Numbered from the whole stretch's first letter, positions 37,792-51,217 are shown. The stretch: DNA of 63,684 bases, filler included, from Octopus bimaculoides (GCF_001194135.2; 6 parts of 6 records of this genome joined end to end with filler, not necessarily neighbours in it); one strand, 5' to 3'. The notes: generated by a model from the sequence alone, not told the origin. Numbers and translations are program-made.

Positions 37792-37890
37792 GGCATGTTA
37801 TAATTTGTCAAACAAGAAGACATTATTTCTATGTAAAAGACAAAAGACCACGTAAAGTTTTCGGCCACAAACGTCTGAGTATGCCGAGAT
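37792..37890 (+). CDS. candidate internal exon (99 nt, phase 1-1), unidentified basic peptide
   Basis: Acceptor tcacatctctttcctaag, donor GAT|gtaagt; only the phase-1 frame is open (HVIICQTRRHYFYVKDKRPRKVFGHKRLSMPR). No family recognised. Confidence 0.3.
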
Positions 37891-38147
37891 GTAAGTGAAT
37901 TTTAATTTAAATTTGCGAGAAAACTTGTAGAATGTGTACCGTAATATTAATAACATTACAAGATATAATTTCTTCAACGTTTATCCTAACATCTTAGGTT
38001 CCACGCTAAACTTTGTTCTCTATCGATCAGCGATCGATAATATTACCAACAATATACAAGGTCTGATGCAATTTATTATATAAACTTTTGCAAACAACAG
38101 CAATCTGTAAAGTCACACAATTCAATTATCTGATCTTCTTCCCACAG

Positions 38148-38213
38148 GTTACGTCAAAAGCAGTAGAATGCTAAAGAAATTCAATTCACTACATGCTAAA
38201 GATAAAAGAATTG
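38148..38213 (+). CDS. candidate internal exon (66 nt, phase 1-1)
   Basis: Acceptor tctgatcttcttcccacag; frame YVKSSRMLKKFNSLHAKDKRI compatible with the upstream candidate; donor G|gtagat is weak. Confidence 0.25.
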
Positions 38214-39019
38214 GTAGATATTTTCTGTATATTAATTTACCGTTACTAGTGAAGAATATAAAGTTTCGGGATTTTGCTACTAGGGTAATAACTTTTAACT
38301 ATTTCCTCAACTCTCGTAGAAAGACAGCGATTCAAAACTTTTTCCTGAATTCTCACATTATCTCAGTTAACTAAATTCTTATACTTTTCATCAGTTTAAA
38401 TATTGGCGTTAACATACCCGCATATTCTGGATATTTGTATATAATAAATCAATGTCTATGTAACTTTAAGTTTGTTGGTTAATATATAAGATATGTTTTA
38501 TAAAATTTATTACGTATACGCTTGCAGTTAGATTAATTCACAGAATCATATTAAGATATATGCGTAATATATAAACTGATGAATATTGCCACTAGATATG
38601 AAGTCTATGTTTTCTCTCATTACATACTTAAGTTTTCTTTTATAAATTCATATATGAGAAGTAAATAAAAATATATTCAAAAGAGAAAACGAGTAATAAA
38701 AAGGACGAATGCTATGTCTACAAGGATATTTTCTCTCATTGACATAAATTTATCTTTAAAATTCATGCACCCCTAAATCTGTTTCATACATACATGTATA
38801 CAGTCACACATATACACACACATGCACACACACAAACACACTTCGACATATGTGGCGGGGGTTGTGCGTGACTGTAAATACTATACTAAAGTCATTCAAA
38901 TGAAACAGAGATGCTGCAACACAATTAGTTAATCTAACGTAACGTAATCCATGATAGCTAGTCACTGCTGAGCAAAATTTCATTTAGATGATAACTAGTA
39001 TTTTTCCTTCGACAATTTT

Positions 39020-39245
39020 GTGTGTGTGTGTGTGTTCGTGTCTGTGTTTGTCCCCCTCCCCATCAGTTAACAAACGATGTTGGTTTGTGTACGTCCCCAT
39101 TACTTCGCGATTCGGCTAAGAGCCCGAGAGGATAAATGCCAGGTTTAAAAAGAATAAGTCCCGGGTTCGATTTTTTTCGACTAAAATGCGGTGCTCCAGC
39201 ATGGCCAATGTCAAATCACTGAAAAAAGGTAAAGACTAAAAGAAA
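39020..39245 (+). mobile_element. SINE family B 3' half
   Basis: tgtctgtgtttgtccccc..acaaacgatgttggt..acgtcccc..gaataagtcccgggttcgat..cgactaaaatgcggtgctccagcatggcc. Confidence 0.85.
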
Positions 39246-39994
39246 ATACATCGACTGTGATAAATATTCGTTCGAGCATGAGGCCTGTCATGTGTACGCA
39301 CCACTGAGCAGGCCCAGGTGATGCCGAAATGTGTCGGGCGCTCTCGCTGGCACATCTGCAAAGGGATACTATTTATTTTGTTCGTAGAATAGCATGTCTA
39401 TAATACATTATATGTTAGGAGACATATCCCACTAACTGGCCTATTGACAGTAGGTACAGATTACATATTATATGTACATAGCTGCATAAATCTCGATGTC
39501 TCTGTTTATCTGTGTGTATGTGTGTGCACATGTATAATATAAAAGTACAAAGTGAGAGACAGATTACTATTCTGAAATTAATGTAGATTTTGTCAATATA
39601 TAGAGAAAAATTAATGCGAACAAGCAGGTAATCTTACTTATACATTACTTTGCATTCCTGCTAAAAATATATTGTAATTGGATAAAACGATAGTTATCCA
39701 GTCACATGATAGTTGTTCTTCAGTAAACTTGATCCTACGTGTTGCCCAGGTATACTCAATTACCGATATGCAGTCTTTGAAACTATAGTGCAAAGCCATC
39801 ATATTTCATTTAAGATTGACTTATCTGCTTCTTTTTTTTTAATAATATAATTAGATTTAGGTTACTCTTATCTTAAAACATCAATGCATGTATTTATGAC
39901 TATGTATATATGCATATGTAAAACTTCCCGTGGTTATTCTGCTTTAAACAAATGCAAGCAAACATATGTATGTATCTATGAATGTATGAATGTA

Positions 39995-41883
39995 TGATAT
40001 CAGTATCTGAAGTAAAAATACGAGTTAATTTACATAGTTACTCTACCAGCCAACTTGTAGAGACGAATTACCGATAATACGTAGTAATTTGACTTCCACT
40101 ATTTATAGAGTAAGAAGATTATATAGACATCAACTTTAACTGTAGCGAATCTGTCACAATAATTACTGATATCGTTTTGATCCAAGCATTCATTCATTAC
40201 GACCTTTTGAATGCACGCTATTCTCTTTGTAATTGCCTACTTTATTCTATGACGAAGGCCAAGCTGGGAAGATATTTAAATCGTATATATCATATAACTT
40301 ATAATCATTATATTTTAAATATTGAAGTACATTTATGTATGTATGTAAATAAAGATATATATATATATATANNNNNNNNNNNNNNNNNNNNNNNNNNNNN
40401 NNNNNNNNNNNNNNNNNNNNNNNNNNNNNNNNNNNNNNNNNNNNNNNNNNNNNNNNNNNNNNNNNNNNNNNNNNNNNNNNNNNNNNNNNNNNNNNNNNNN
40501 NNNNNNNNNNNNNNNNNNNTATATACATACATACATATATATAACGAATTCATTCTTTTAAATATTCATTGTCTGGGAATCATGTAGTGGCACAATCCGG
40601 TGACTTTTGGAAGTAATTCGTGTATATCCACCCGATGAAAACTGTTTTCTTTTACGCGATGTAATATCTTTGTTCGTCAATTAAAAAATTCAGTGGAAAA
40701 TGATGTAGTTAATGAACCGTTATTTAAATGTTATTTTTTATGCACACACATATAAACATTTCCATATTCATGTCCATATGGATGTATATACGTATGTGTG
40801 TGTGTGTATGCCTAAGTGAAATGTTTACATGAAAGATTGTTTGTTTACTACATACATGGGTTTGTGGTTCTGGGTGCATTCAGAATCGATTTTTGATATT
40901 AGCGATGAAAACAATCGTTATATAGTGTACAGTCTCTACATTTTACCAGAAAGTGAAGTTACTTAAGCGTCTCTCAAAAGCGCTTGAAAAGTAGACCATC
41001 TTCTAAATGTGTAACATAAACAATTCAAACAGTGATATAGTATTGCATTCATTGAGGTCTATTTGATTGGCCCAAATAAAAATAATTTTTTAGACAATGG
41101 TAGAAACGCTCATCTGAGCAATGATTTAATTAATGAATTTGCATGGAAAACATTTTATATTTTCACGTTTTCAGTCTTGTATACAAAACAATCGGTAATT
41201 AGGAGCACTCACTAAAGTATATTTTTATTCATAAACAACGGTAGTTTCGTCTTGTTATACATATATGTGTGTATGTGTATGCGTGTATGTGTTTGTACGT
41301 GCGCGCGCATTTGTGAATGTGTTCTTGTGTGATATAATTTATGCACGTTGGAAACCATTTGACATGAAATGTAATAATTTCTCGCATTATTTGACCCAAA
41401 ATTCGTGGTATAGGACATACATGCAATTGCTTACCTAATTCATCTTGTTTAAACAATCGAAAATTAACCATTCTGATGTCTTAAGCAGGAATATATATCC
41501 AGTTCCATCACTTGTGACCTAGCGTAAATCTAATGAAAGCCAATGTACTTCAATATTTAAAATATATTGATTATGAGTTATATGATATATACGATTTAAA
41601 TATCTTCCCAGCTTGGCCTTCGTCATAGAATAAAGTAGGCAATTACAAAGAGAATAGCGTGCTTTCAAAAGGTCGTAATGAATGAATGCATGGATCAAAA
41701 TGATATCAGTAATTATTGTGAAAGATTCGCTACAGTTAAAGTTGATGTCTATATAATCTTCTTCTTACTCTATAAATAGTGGAAATCAAATTACTACGTA
41801 TTATCGGTAATTCGTCTCTACAAGTTGGCTGAAAGAGTAACTATGTAAATTAACTCGTATTTTTACTTCAGATATTGATATCA
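39995..41883. repeat. long inverted repeat pair (39995-40333 and 41542-41883)
   Basis: 339 and 342-bp arms, reverse complementary with one 3-nt indel and roughly a dozen substitutions; 1.2-kb spacer containing an N-gap. Confidence 0.95.
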
Positions 41884-42942
41884 GTTTATTTGAGGTTAAA
41901 TTGTGAAATTTATTCTGAAGCCGCCTTGCAAACACAGTACGATGTACACGGTTTTTTAAATGCTAAACATACTATATTATGCGTAGAATAAAAAAAAAAC
42001 AGTAATCATGAATCGAGGTTACATTGCAGTAAACAACATTATATAAAATAACCATCATTACATAACTACACACTTATGAACTTTTATGGGAAGAAAGTAG
42101 AGAAGATGAGTTGATTTATACTAATACATACGAATTGTATATTTGCATAAAGATTTATTGTTGGAACACACGCTTAAGAATTTTCAGAAGGCATTCAACA
42201 TATAAAGGAAAAATTTCTGTACTAAAGCACCGAAGAACGTGTCAAAAGATTTAAAAACAATGTTTTATCAGTTTCGAATATTTGGGAATGTTAGTATTTA
42301 GGGCATAGATTTAAGAGTGTTTGATGTTTATGGAATTTTTTTTAAATATCCAATGCGAATCCAATAAGTATGTCCTTGTCATTCTGTCTACTGTTTGAGT
42401 GATACATAGCATGTGTATCTAGAATCACCTTTGCCGACAACAGTCTATTCTCTGCAAATGCTTACACACATCGGCTTTCGGTTCTGTAAATATGGAACGT
42501 ATTGATACACTATTTCATATTGTAAATTATTAAGTTAAAGTGACGCAAATCCAAAGTGCGGTGAGCTACGAGCTACTCTGAATGACTTTGAGTTTGTCTA
42601 TAACAGTAGCGGACTTTGAGATTAGGTGAATATTACTGAATACTCAAAGAATTGGTATTTTGGCGGAAATGATACAGTGTAAAATCGAACTGGAGGATGA
42701 TAGTTGCTAGAGGATATAGAGAAAAAGAATTGGTGTATACCTTAATCTTTTGTCATAAGAGTTTATTTTCTTTTCTCCAAATCTATTGCAGAAAAATAAG
42801 AGTTAAATTGAATAACATGTTTCATAAACATGTTGCAAGGCAAGACATATATTCTGAGTTGCGTTATTTCCAGGGAAGTTTAACATGGAAGGCTACAAGT
42901 TATAGATTTAATCTGATACCATAAAAATATTTATCACTAACG

Positions 42943-43276
42943 TATCCGGATTTCAGGGTTATTTCCCTTCGTCGGCGCCCGATAGCTGCTGACCTTGGCG
43001 AGAGAGACAAAAACCTGGCAATCTTATATCTTCTTTTCCAGTGAAATTCTTCACTGATATCGAAAAGGTGAAAACAATCAATGTTAATTCTCTAAATGAA
43101 GTATTAACAGTAACTGCACGATAAAGTGTAGTATATTGCCACTTAAGTGTGGCTGACCCCTAGGGGCTAAAAGCAACAGTAACATCCACCCCTAGGGGTC
43201 AGCCACACTTAAGTGGCAATATACTACACTTTATCGTGCAGTTACTGTTAATATTTCATTTAGAGAATTAACATTG
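42943..43276. mobile_element. foldback/MITE-like palindromic element running into a gap
   Basis: 88-bp arms 43079-43166 and 43189-43276 (1 mismatch) around a 22-nt spacer, each arm ending in palindromic cccctagggg. Left side begins tatccgg at 42943; the right arm is cut by N at 43277. Confidence 0.75.
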
Positions 43277-45573
43277 NNNNNNNNNNNNNNNNNNNNNNNN
43301 NNNNNNNNNNNNNNNNNNNNNNNNNNNNNNNNNNNNNNNNNNNNNNNNNNNNNNNNNNNNNNNNNNNNNNNNNNNNNNNNNNNNNNNNNNNNNNNNNNNN
43401 NNNNNNNNNNNNNNNNNNNNNNNNNNNNNNNNNNNNNNNNNNNNNNNNNNNNNNNNNNNNNNNNNNATATATATATATATATATATATACATTGTAAATA
43501 TTTTACATGTTCTTTTCATGAATATGTAAGGCTTAGTTTGTGAATGTACTCCGAGTATTATATTGTCAAATATCTAATGTTCTCTTGGCAAGTGGTGCTG
43601 AGCAAAAATCATATTAAAAAAATATATCGCAATATATTAATCTAGGCATTTATACTTCAACAAAATGTTAGAACACCGTTCCCATAGTGACATATTCAAT
43701 TTCCACGAATTACGCTATTCATATATTCATACATTTTGATGGAAAATTTAGTGATATATCTTGTTTCCGTTATCTAACGTATGAAATAAAGAAAAAACAA
43801 CCAGTAAAACGGCTGATTTATAGCTGGAGAATAACCGGTTGTTTTTTTTTCAATGTGTCCGTATACAAAGTACAATGGAGACATTATGCGACAATCAACA
43901 ATTTTAAATTGCTGGTAGATATCTAAATATCAAAAGTGCTACCTGCTAAATGTCAATAGTATTACCTGAAAGAATCACTAATTTAGCTATCTTTGATGTA
44001 CATTCCAAATGTTTCTGAAGTTTTGTTACCATTCTCCAGCAAAACACCCAATTTAGACATTTTGCAAATATTAATATAGGTGTGTTATACAATGTAAAAT
44101 TAGATTTTATAGTTCTTAATATTATTATTCACTAAACTCCAGATATATTTAGATGGTAGCTTGTTGAACCTTTAAAGCTTTGGATTTACGTATTGTTTCT
44201 ATAATATTTTTAACCGAATTTTCACTAAACCTAAATATATCGGCTTCAGTGACATTTGTAACAGAATATACGGGGTTATTAATCCATTATTATGGAAGAC
44301 CATTATTATTATTTTTATACAGGAGAGAGGATGGATATCAATTTTGTTTTAGTTAAGTGTTGAAAAGTTTTGCTTATACGTACAATACAGCATATTCTTA
44401 TTTAATAATGCAATAACGAACTTGCTATTTTGTGATAATATTCTTACTTCATTTCTTTTTTTTACCTGTGAGTGAATGCTCATTTATAAATTTTACAGAA
44501 GTACTGGTAACTTTTACAAGAGCAGTATGGTGTACTTTAGTATATCAAGTACACGTTTTAGCGTATTTAATGTAATTACCAAGTGTAACAAATTAGGTTT
44601 ATGGTCGTTTATAGAATGTCTCTGAAGAGAAATAATCTAAAGTATTGAATATTAAACAGGTCTCTTTTCCAATTCACTTCGCAAAACAGCTACAATTTAA
44701 AAGATGTTTGTATGACGACTGAATCGCTCGCTTAAGAAATGAACTGTATTAATGAATTATGACTCACAAAAACCTTTACTGAAATATATTTAATTATACA
44801 TTCTTTCTTAAAAGCAACTAAAAAAAAATGAGGAAAAAATTATCCGCATATACTGGTGATGAATACTTACCGTTTACCAACATCATAAATCCAGTTCAAA
44901 TATACTGAAAGATACACGTAGATTGAAATAATTTCTTCGGATATCGGATATGTTTTCAATGAGTAGAGAAGATTTTCACTGAAAAAGACTCTCTTTTAGT
45001 TTATTTTCTAATCTATATTTTTTCAACTCGGAACTGTATTATCGGAAGGTATAGGACTATATTATCGGAGGGTATTATACATAAATGTATTACATGCTTT
45101 GTACATGTATATGTGAACATATTAAACAGTCGTCCTTAGCTAATTGAAGAAGTCTATATTTGTGGATTTTTTTTCATTTTTATCAATCAGGCAATCACAA
45201 AATGTAATCACTTTCGGCGTGCTACTCCGTATTAATTGTTTGCATTTTACCAGGAAGTCTGATATCTGTTTTGCATGAACAGCAACATTGGGCAAATAAA
45301 AATTACTCGAGTATCAGTTTCGCGACAAACACAATTTTTAAAATTAATGTAATTAAGGCTCGATCTAAATTTCTGATGATTCCTCAGTCTGTCTTTAGAT
45401 CTATGTATCTATCTGTCCCTTAGTTTATCTTTCTTTCTCCCCATGTTATTATACACATACAGAGACGTATATGTTTCTCCGTATGAGTATAATAACATAT
45501 ACATCTCCTAATGTGCATATATTTAAATCACTGAGTGGGAGTATATATACATATTTAAATCTCTGAATGTGTT

Positions 45574-45605
<32 letters not shown>

Positions 45606-46255
45606 NNNNNNNNNNNNNNNNNNNNNNNNNNNNNNNNNNNNNNNNNNNNNNNNNNNNNNNNNNNNNNNNNNNNNNNNNNNNNNNNNNNNNNNNNNNNNNN
45701 NNNNNNNNNNNNNNNNNNNNNNNNNNNNNNNNNNNNNNNNNNNNNNNNNNNNNNNNNNNNNNNNNNNNNNNNNNNNNNNNNNNNNNNNNNNNNNNNNNNN
45801 NNNNNNNNNNNNNNNNNNNNNNNNNNNNNNNNNNNNNNNNNNNNNNNNNNNNNNNNNNNNNNNNNNNNNNNNNNNNNNNNNNNNNNNNNNNNNNNNNNNN
45901 NNNNNNNNNNNNNNNNNNNNNNNNNNNNNNNNNNNNNNNNNNNNNNNNNNNNNNNNNNNNNNNNNNNNNNNNNNNNNNNNNNNNNNNNNNNNNNNNNNNN
46001 NNNNNNNNNNNNNNNNNNNNNNNNNNNNNNNNNNNNNNNNNNNNNNNNNNNNNNNNNNNNNNNNNNNNNNNNNNNNNNNNNNNNNNNNNNNNNNNNNNNN
46101 NNNNNNNNNNNNNNNNNNNNNNNNNNNNNNNNNNNNNNNNNNNNNNNNNNNNNNNNNNNNNNNNNNNNNNNNNNNNNNNNNNNNNNNNNNNNNNNNNNNN
46201 NNNNNNNNNNNNNNNNNNNNNNNNNNNNNNNNNNNNNNNNNNNNNNNNNNNNATA

Positions 46256-46612
46256 TACTCTCTTACTTGTTTCAGTCATGTGACTGTGGCCATGCTGGAA
46301 CACCGCCTTTAGTCGAACAAATCGACCCCAGGCTTTTTTTCCGAACCGCTATGTCACTGGGACGTATACACACCACCATCGGTTGTCAATCGATTTTGGG
46401 GGGACAAACACAGACACACAAACTCATGCATATACATACATATATACGACGGCCTTCTTTCAGTTTCCGTCTACCAAATCCACTCGCAAGGCTTTTGTCG
46501 CCTCGAGGCTATAGCGGAAGACACTTGCCCAAGGTGCCACGCAGTGAGACAGAACCCGGAACCATGTGGTTCATGAGCAAGCTACTTACCACACAGCCAC
46601 TCCTACGCCTAT
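46256..46612 (-). mobile_element. SINE family B, full-length with internal deletion
   Basis: Head (minus strand) ggcgtaggagtggctgtgtggtaagtagc..ccgggttctgtctcactgcgtggcaccttgggcaagtg; accttgggcaagt resembles the MIR/CORE domain; lacks about 40 bp relative to the 1161 copy. Confidence 0.93.
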
Positions 46613-47196
46613 ATACGTATGTATGTAATGTATATATATGAACAGAGGTATGTGACTAAATATTTTTTGTATATGTAATATGAAGAAAATTCGAATACCA
46701 GTTGTTGTGTGAAGCGAATATTTGTATCCAAATGTACTGCGAGCATGTTGTATGGGTTCATTGAAAAGATCAGAGATCATATTTTTATGCATTAGCAAAT
46801 TTTCACAAACAGACACATACAAACATGCACACACACACGAACACATACGCACACACACAAACGCACACACACAAACGCACACACATATATACGAACGTAC
46901 ATCACTAATGTTAATATATCAATCTATGAACATAAATATCTGTGTATAATTATATACTTGTATCATTATTCCTATATATAGAGCGATGGATACAAGAATA
47001 CATCTAAATATGGTTACACGCACACAAAGACAGATAGGCACACACACACAATCACATGAATATTCTCATTCACTAGCTAAAGTAAAATGGATAAATGTAA
47101 ATAAATATGTACTAGAATGCGAACCCCACACGAATATCTGTAATTGCGTATTGCGTATATGTATACCAATCTGTGCACGTGTGTGTGGGTGTGTGT

Positions 47197-47230
<34 letters not shown>

Positions 47231-47330
47231 NNNNNNNNNNNNNNNNNNNNNNNNNNNNNNNNNNNNNNNNNNNNTTAATTAATTAANNNNNNNNNNNNNN
47301 NNNNNNNNNNNNNNNNNNNNNNNNNNNNNN
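47231..47330. other. assembly scaffolding linker 44N-TTAATTAATTAA-44N
   Basis: Same 100-bp construct. Confidence 0.97.
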
Positions 47331-47365
47331 TACATATATATATTTACATGCAGTTGAATGTTAAA

Positions 47366-47806
47366 TATATCCGGTAATAGAGTGACCAATAGTTTCCCGT
47401 CCACAAAGCGCTTACCTTTACAGACGATTCTTCAGATTCAAATGGCTATGAGCATATAACTTAGAAAACCTTTACTGTCAGTTAATTTGTAATCAAAGAA
47501 ATAATATACATTGTCCGACCTTGGATTCAATGAGTCTTTAACGATTCTTGCCTGCTTTGCTATGCAAAGCTTGCATCGTCCGCTCCCGTTTATATAGGAG
47601 TCCGTTTTCTCTATGATCCTCTTTTAAAATTTCATATGGAATTCCTTTATCCTTAAGTACAACACGTGGCTGACTAGGGGTGTAACGTAACGTCTTTCTG
47701 TATGTTGAGAGGTCATATGATCCCGTCCATTGGAGCCTGACGAGTCGTTCGTAGAGCTAAGCGCTTTGTGGATGCGAAACTATAGGTCACTCTATGACCG
47801 GATATA
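47366..47806. mobile_element. non-autonomous DNA element with about 95-bp TIRs
   Basis: Left tatatccggtaatagagtgaccaatagtttcccgtccacaaagcgcttacctttacagacgattcttcag matches the reverse complement of the right end (tatatccggtcatagagtgacctatagtttcgcatccacaaagcgcttagctctacgaacgactcgtcag); TA flanks. Confidence 0.85.
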
Positions 47807-47886
47807 TACTAACCTTCATGTAAATATGTTAGTGTTCTAACTTTTAGAATGTGCTTCTTTTTAGGATATATGATCCACAGACGATA

Positions 47887-47917
<31 letters not shown>

Positions 47918-48969
47918 TGTGTGTGTGTACATAATCGTCACTAAATCTGACTGAGGGTGCTCAAGCACCTGTATTACTAGAAATAAGTGTTAAAATCTTT
48001 TACTGCAATATATATAAAATCTTTTAATGCAATATATATATACACTGACAGGGGAGGTAACCACCCCATGACCGTCCCCAGAGTCACTCGATTAGACTAG
48101 TCTTGCCTATTTTGTAGGCATCATTAATAGTGACTACTCAAACGTCGATGGTTTGGCTAATTCCGCCTGCCAGTATATATATATATATATTACCATAAAA
48201 ATCTATGGCTAATTTAGCGAAATTCTAATCGTATACTAAAAATCAATATAAACAGCTAGGTGCAATGTAATACCATAATGGAAACTTTTTATTGTCACTG
48301 AATGTAACAGATGGTGCCAAAGCACATACATTGCCAGAAATAAGTGTTAAAAACTCTTAATGTTGTAAGAAGAGCGCAATATATATATATACACCATCTC
48401 GAAAATAGTTAGCAGGCCAAAACTCCAAGGTTACTGCCACTCCCCTTTTTCGAAAAGTGTAATAAATACGTACTCTACAAAAAGTATTGAAGGAGATACT
48501 CTTTCTCCCGAATAAAGGACGCAATGCATACAACACCGGTTTGATAACAACTTTACATTTCTGATTGCTTTCTTATCTCATCAAATATTAACGGATGTCT
48601 TTGTTACGTAGAAGACAAGCAACTGAATGAAATTAATCGAAATAATATGATTCATTTACTTTTATACAAAACGGTCGCGTTTGTTTGTGTGTATGAACGT
48701 GCACACACGAACACACAAACAAATACACAGGTTTCTTGGTGTCTGTGTTCCTGTATTTATATATGTATGTGTACATATATGTATGTGTGTGTGTGTGTGT
48801 GTGTAATTATGTATGTGTGCTTTTATACATATACATGCATACGTACATATATACATAGATACATGCATACATACAAATACGCCACACACGGAGGATAGAT
48901 AGTGAGAGAAAGGTATGATTTATATGCGCGCGTGCGCGCGCACATACATACCCGCACAAACACACACAT

Positions 48970-49002
<33 letters not shown>

Positions 49003-49479
49003 TAAACACACACGCATACACACATATACATCTAAGTACTGCTACACGCATAGACTTGCACACATATATATGGACACACAAAAATGCATATATACATATT
49101 TATATAAGTGGGTGAAGGAAGGTTTCATAGAAAAAGATTACTTACTGCAAACATATATATGCAGGTAGGTATAAGGTACACCTGTGACCCAACATCATAA
49201 CATATAATCTTCAACCGTAAACTATACCTGGACTGCATTCTTGTTATTATTTCTTGTCACCATATGATCTGTACAGAATTTCTTTTTATTACTCAACTTT
49301 AAAACTGTTTTCCATTACATTTTTATGTTTATTACATTACTTGAACAAAAAATATACGTGCGTATGCATATGTGTGTGTGCATATGCGCGTCTGCATACA
49401 TCTGCATACATCTGCATGAGTATTTAAATATGCACATGAGCATACATATAGATACAATCTTTTATGTTTACATTTATGC

Positions 49480-49520
<41 letters not shown>

Positions 49521-49641
49521 AATATAGCTACATATCTATATGTATGCGTATCTCTTTCTCTCACTACTTCCCTTCCCCACCTCTATCTCTTTCTTTCCCT
49601 CTAGCTATAAACACACACACACATACATACACACATGCGCA

Positions 49642-49728
<87 letters not shown>

Positions 49729-49914
49729 ACATATGAAACATACATGTAGATCCGTACTTGTGCTAATATACAATATTTGTGCAACATAACTGATCATATA
49801 TAGATATATGAATGTATTTGGTGTTAGGGAGACACTTGTAGATATTTGAATTCTTATTTCTGTGTGTGTGTGTGTGTGCGCACCCACACACATATAAGAT
49901 GTACATACATTCAT

Positions 49915-49969
<55 letters not shown>

Positions 49970-50140
49970 NNNNNNNNNNNNNNNNNNNNNNNNNNNNNNN
50001 NNNNNNNNNNNNNNNNNNNNNNNNNNNNNNNNNNNNNNNNNNNNNNNNNNNNNNNNNNNNNNNNNNNNNNNNNNNNNNNNNNNNNNNNNNNNNNNNNNNN
50101 NNNNNNNNNNNNNNNNNNNNNNNNNNNNNNNNNNNNNNNN

Positions 50141-50174
<34 letters not shown>

Positions 50175-50677
50175 GCACACACACACGTATATATACCTAC
50201 ATATATATATATATTTGTACTTGTATATGTGGATGGGTGCGTGTATGTTTGTATAAATATTATCCTTGCCTGACCCAGCTTGTATTACGTTAACTTTTTA
50301 TGTAACTGAGTGCGGTCACATATTGTGTGTATAAAATCACCTATCATGCATTATTTCATGTTTGTCGCTGCATCTCTAATTAGCACATCACAGCTTTGAA
50401 GGTAAAGCAACCTAAAGAAAATGTATTGACAGTCACTGCAAATTAAAAGGCACCTACAGTTAAGTTATGTGTAATTTTATGAAAACTCCTCTCAACATCT
50501 GGCATTTGTTGTCAAAGGGGATCATTTCTGTGTCGTTTGGTTTTTAAACTTTTCTTTCTGATTGCCTATGAAAACGGCCCAGACATAACACTATACCATT
50601 CACGTATAATGGTACGTGTGTGTGTGTGCGTGGACCAATGTCTGCACAGGTGATCGTTTTGTGTATATAGAAATGTA

Positions 50678-51033
50678 TCGTCGTGGCACTCCGTCGGTTA
50701 GGACGACGAGGGTTCCAGTTGATCCGATCAACGGAACAGCCTGCTCGTAAAATTAACATGCTAGTGTACAGACACATGTACCCTTAATGTAGTTCTCGGG
50801 GAGATTCAGCGTGACACATAGTGTGACAAGGCTGGCCCTTTGCAATACAGGTAGAACAAAATCAGGAAGAAAGAGTTAGAGAAAGTTGTGGTGAAAGAGT
50901 ACAGCAGAGTTCGCCACCACCCTCTCCCGGAGCCTCGTGGGGCTTTAGGTGTTTTTTCTCAATAAACACTCACAACGCCCGGTCTGGGAATCGAAACCGC
51001 GATCCTATGACCGTGAGTCCGCTGCCCTAACTC
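50678..51033 (-). mobile_element. tRNA-derived SINE family C
   Basis: Minus-strand head gttagggcagcggactcacggtcataggatcgcggtttcgattcccagaccgggcg has tRNA-like D, anticodon and T arms with a B-box, followed by about 280 bp of non-tRNA body. Confidence 0.85.
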
Positions 51034-51217
51034 CGTACTATATTATTTTGTTTTAACAGTTGCGCACTTAGAAATATTTCAATGTACACGGGAAAAATCA
51101 GTCTTTGTATTCATACGCAAAGAATAAAGGTATTTTTCGTTATATTTTAACTAGTTTCTGTATACGTGGTATATAACTGATTGTATTTTTACGTATATGT
51201 TTATGTGTGTGTATATA

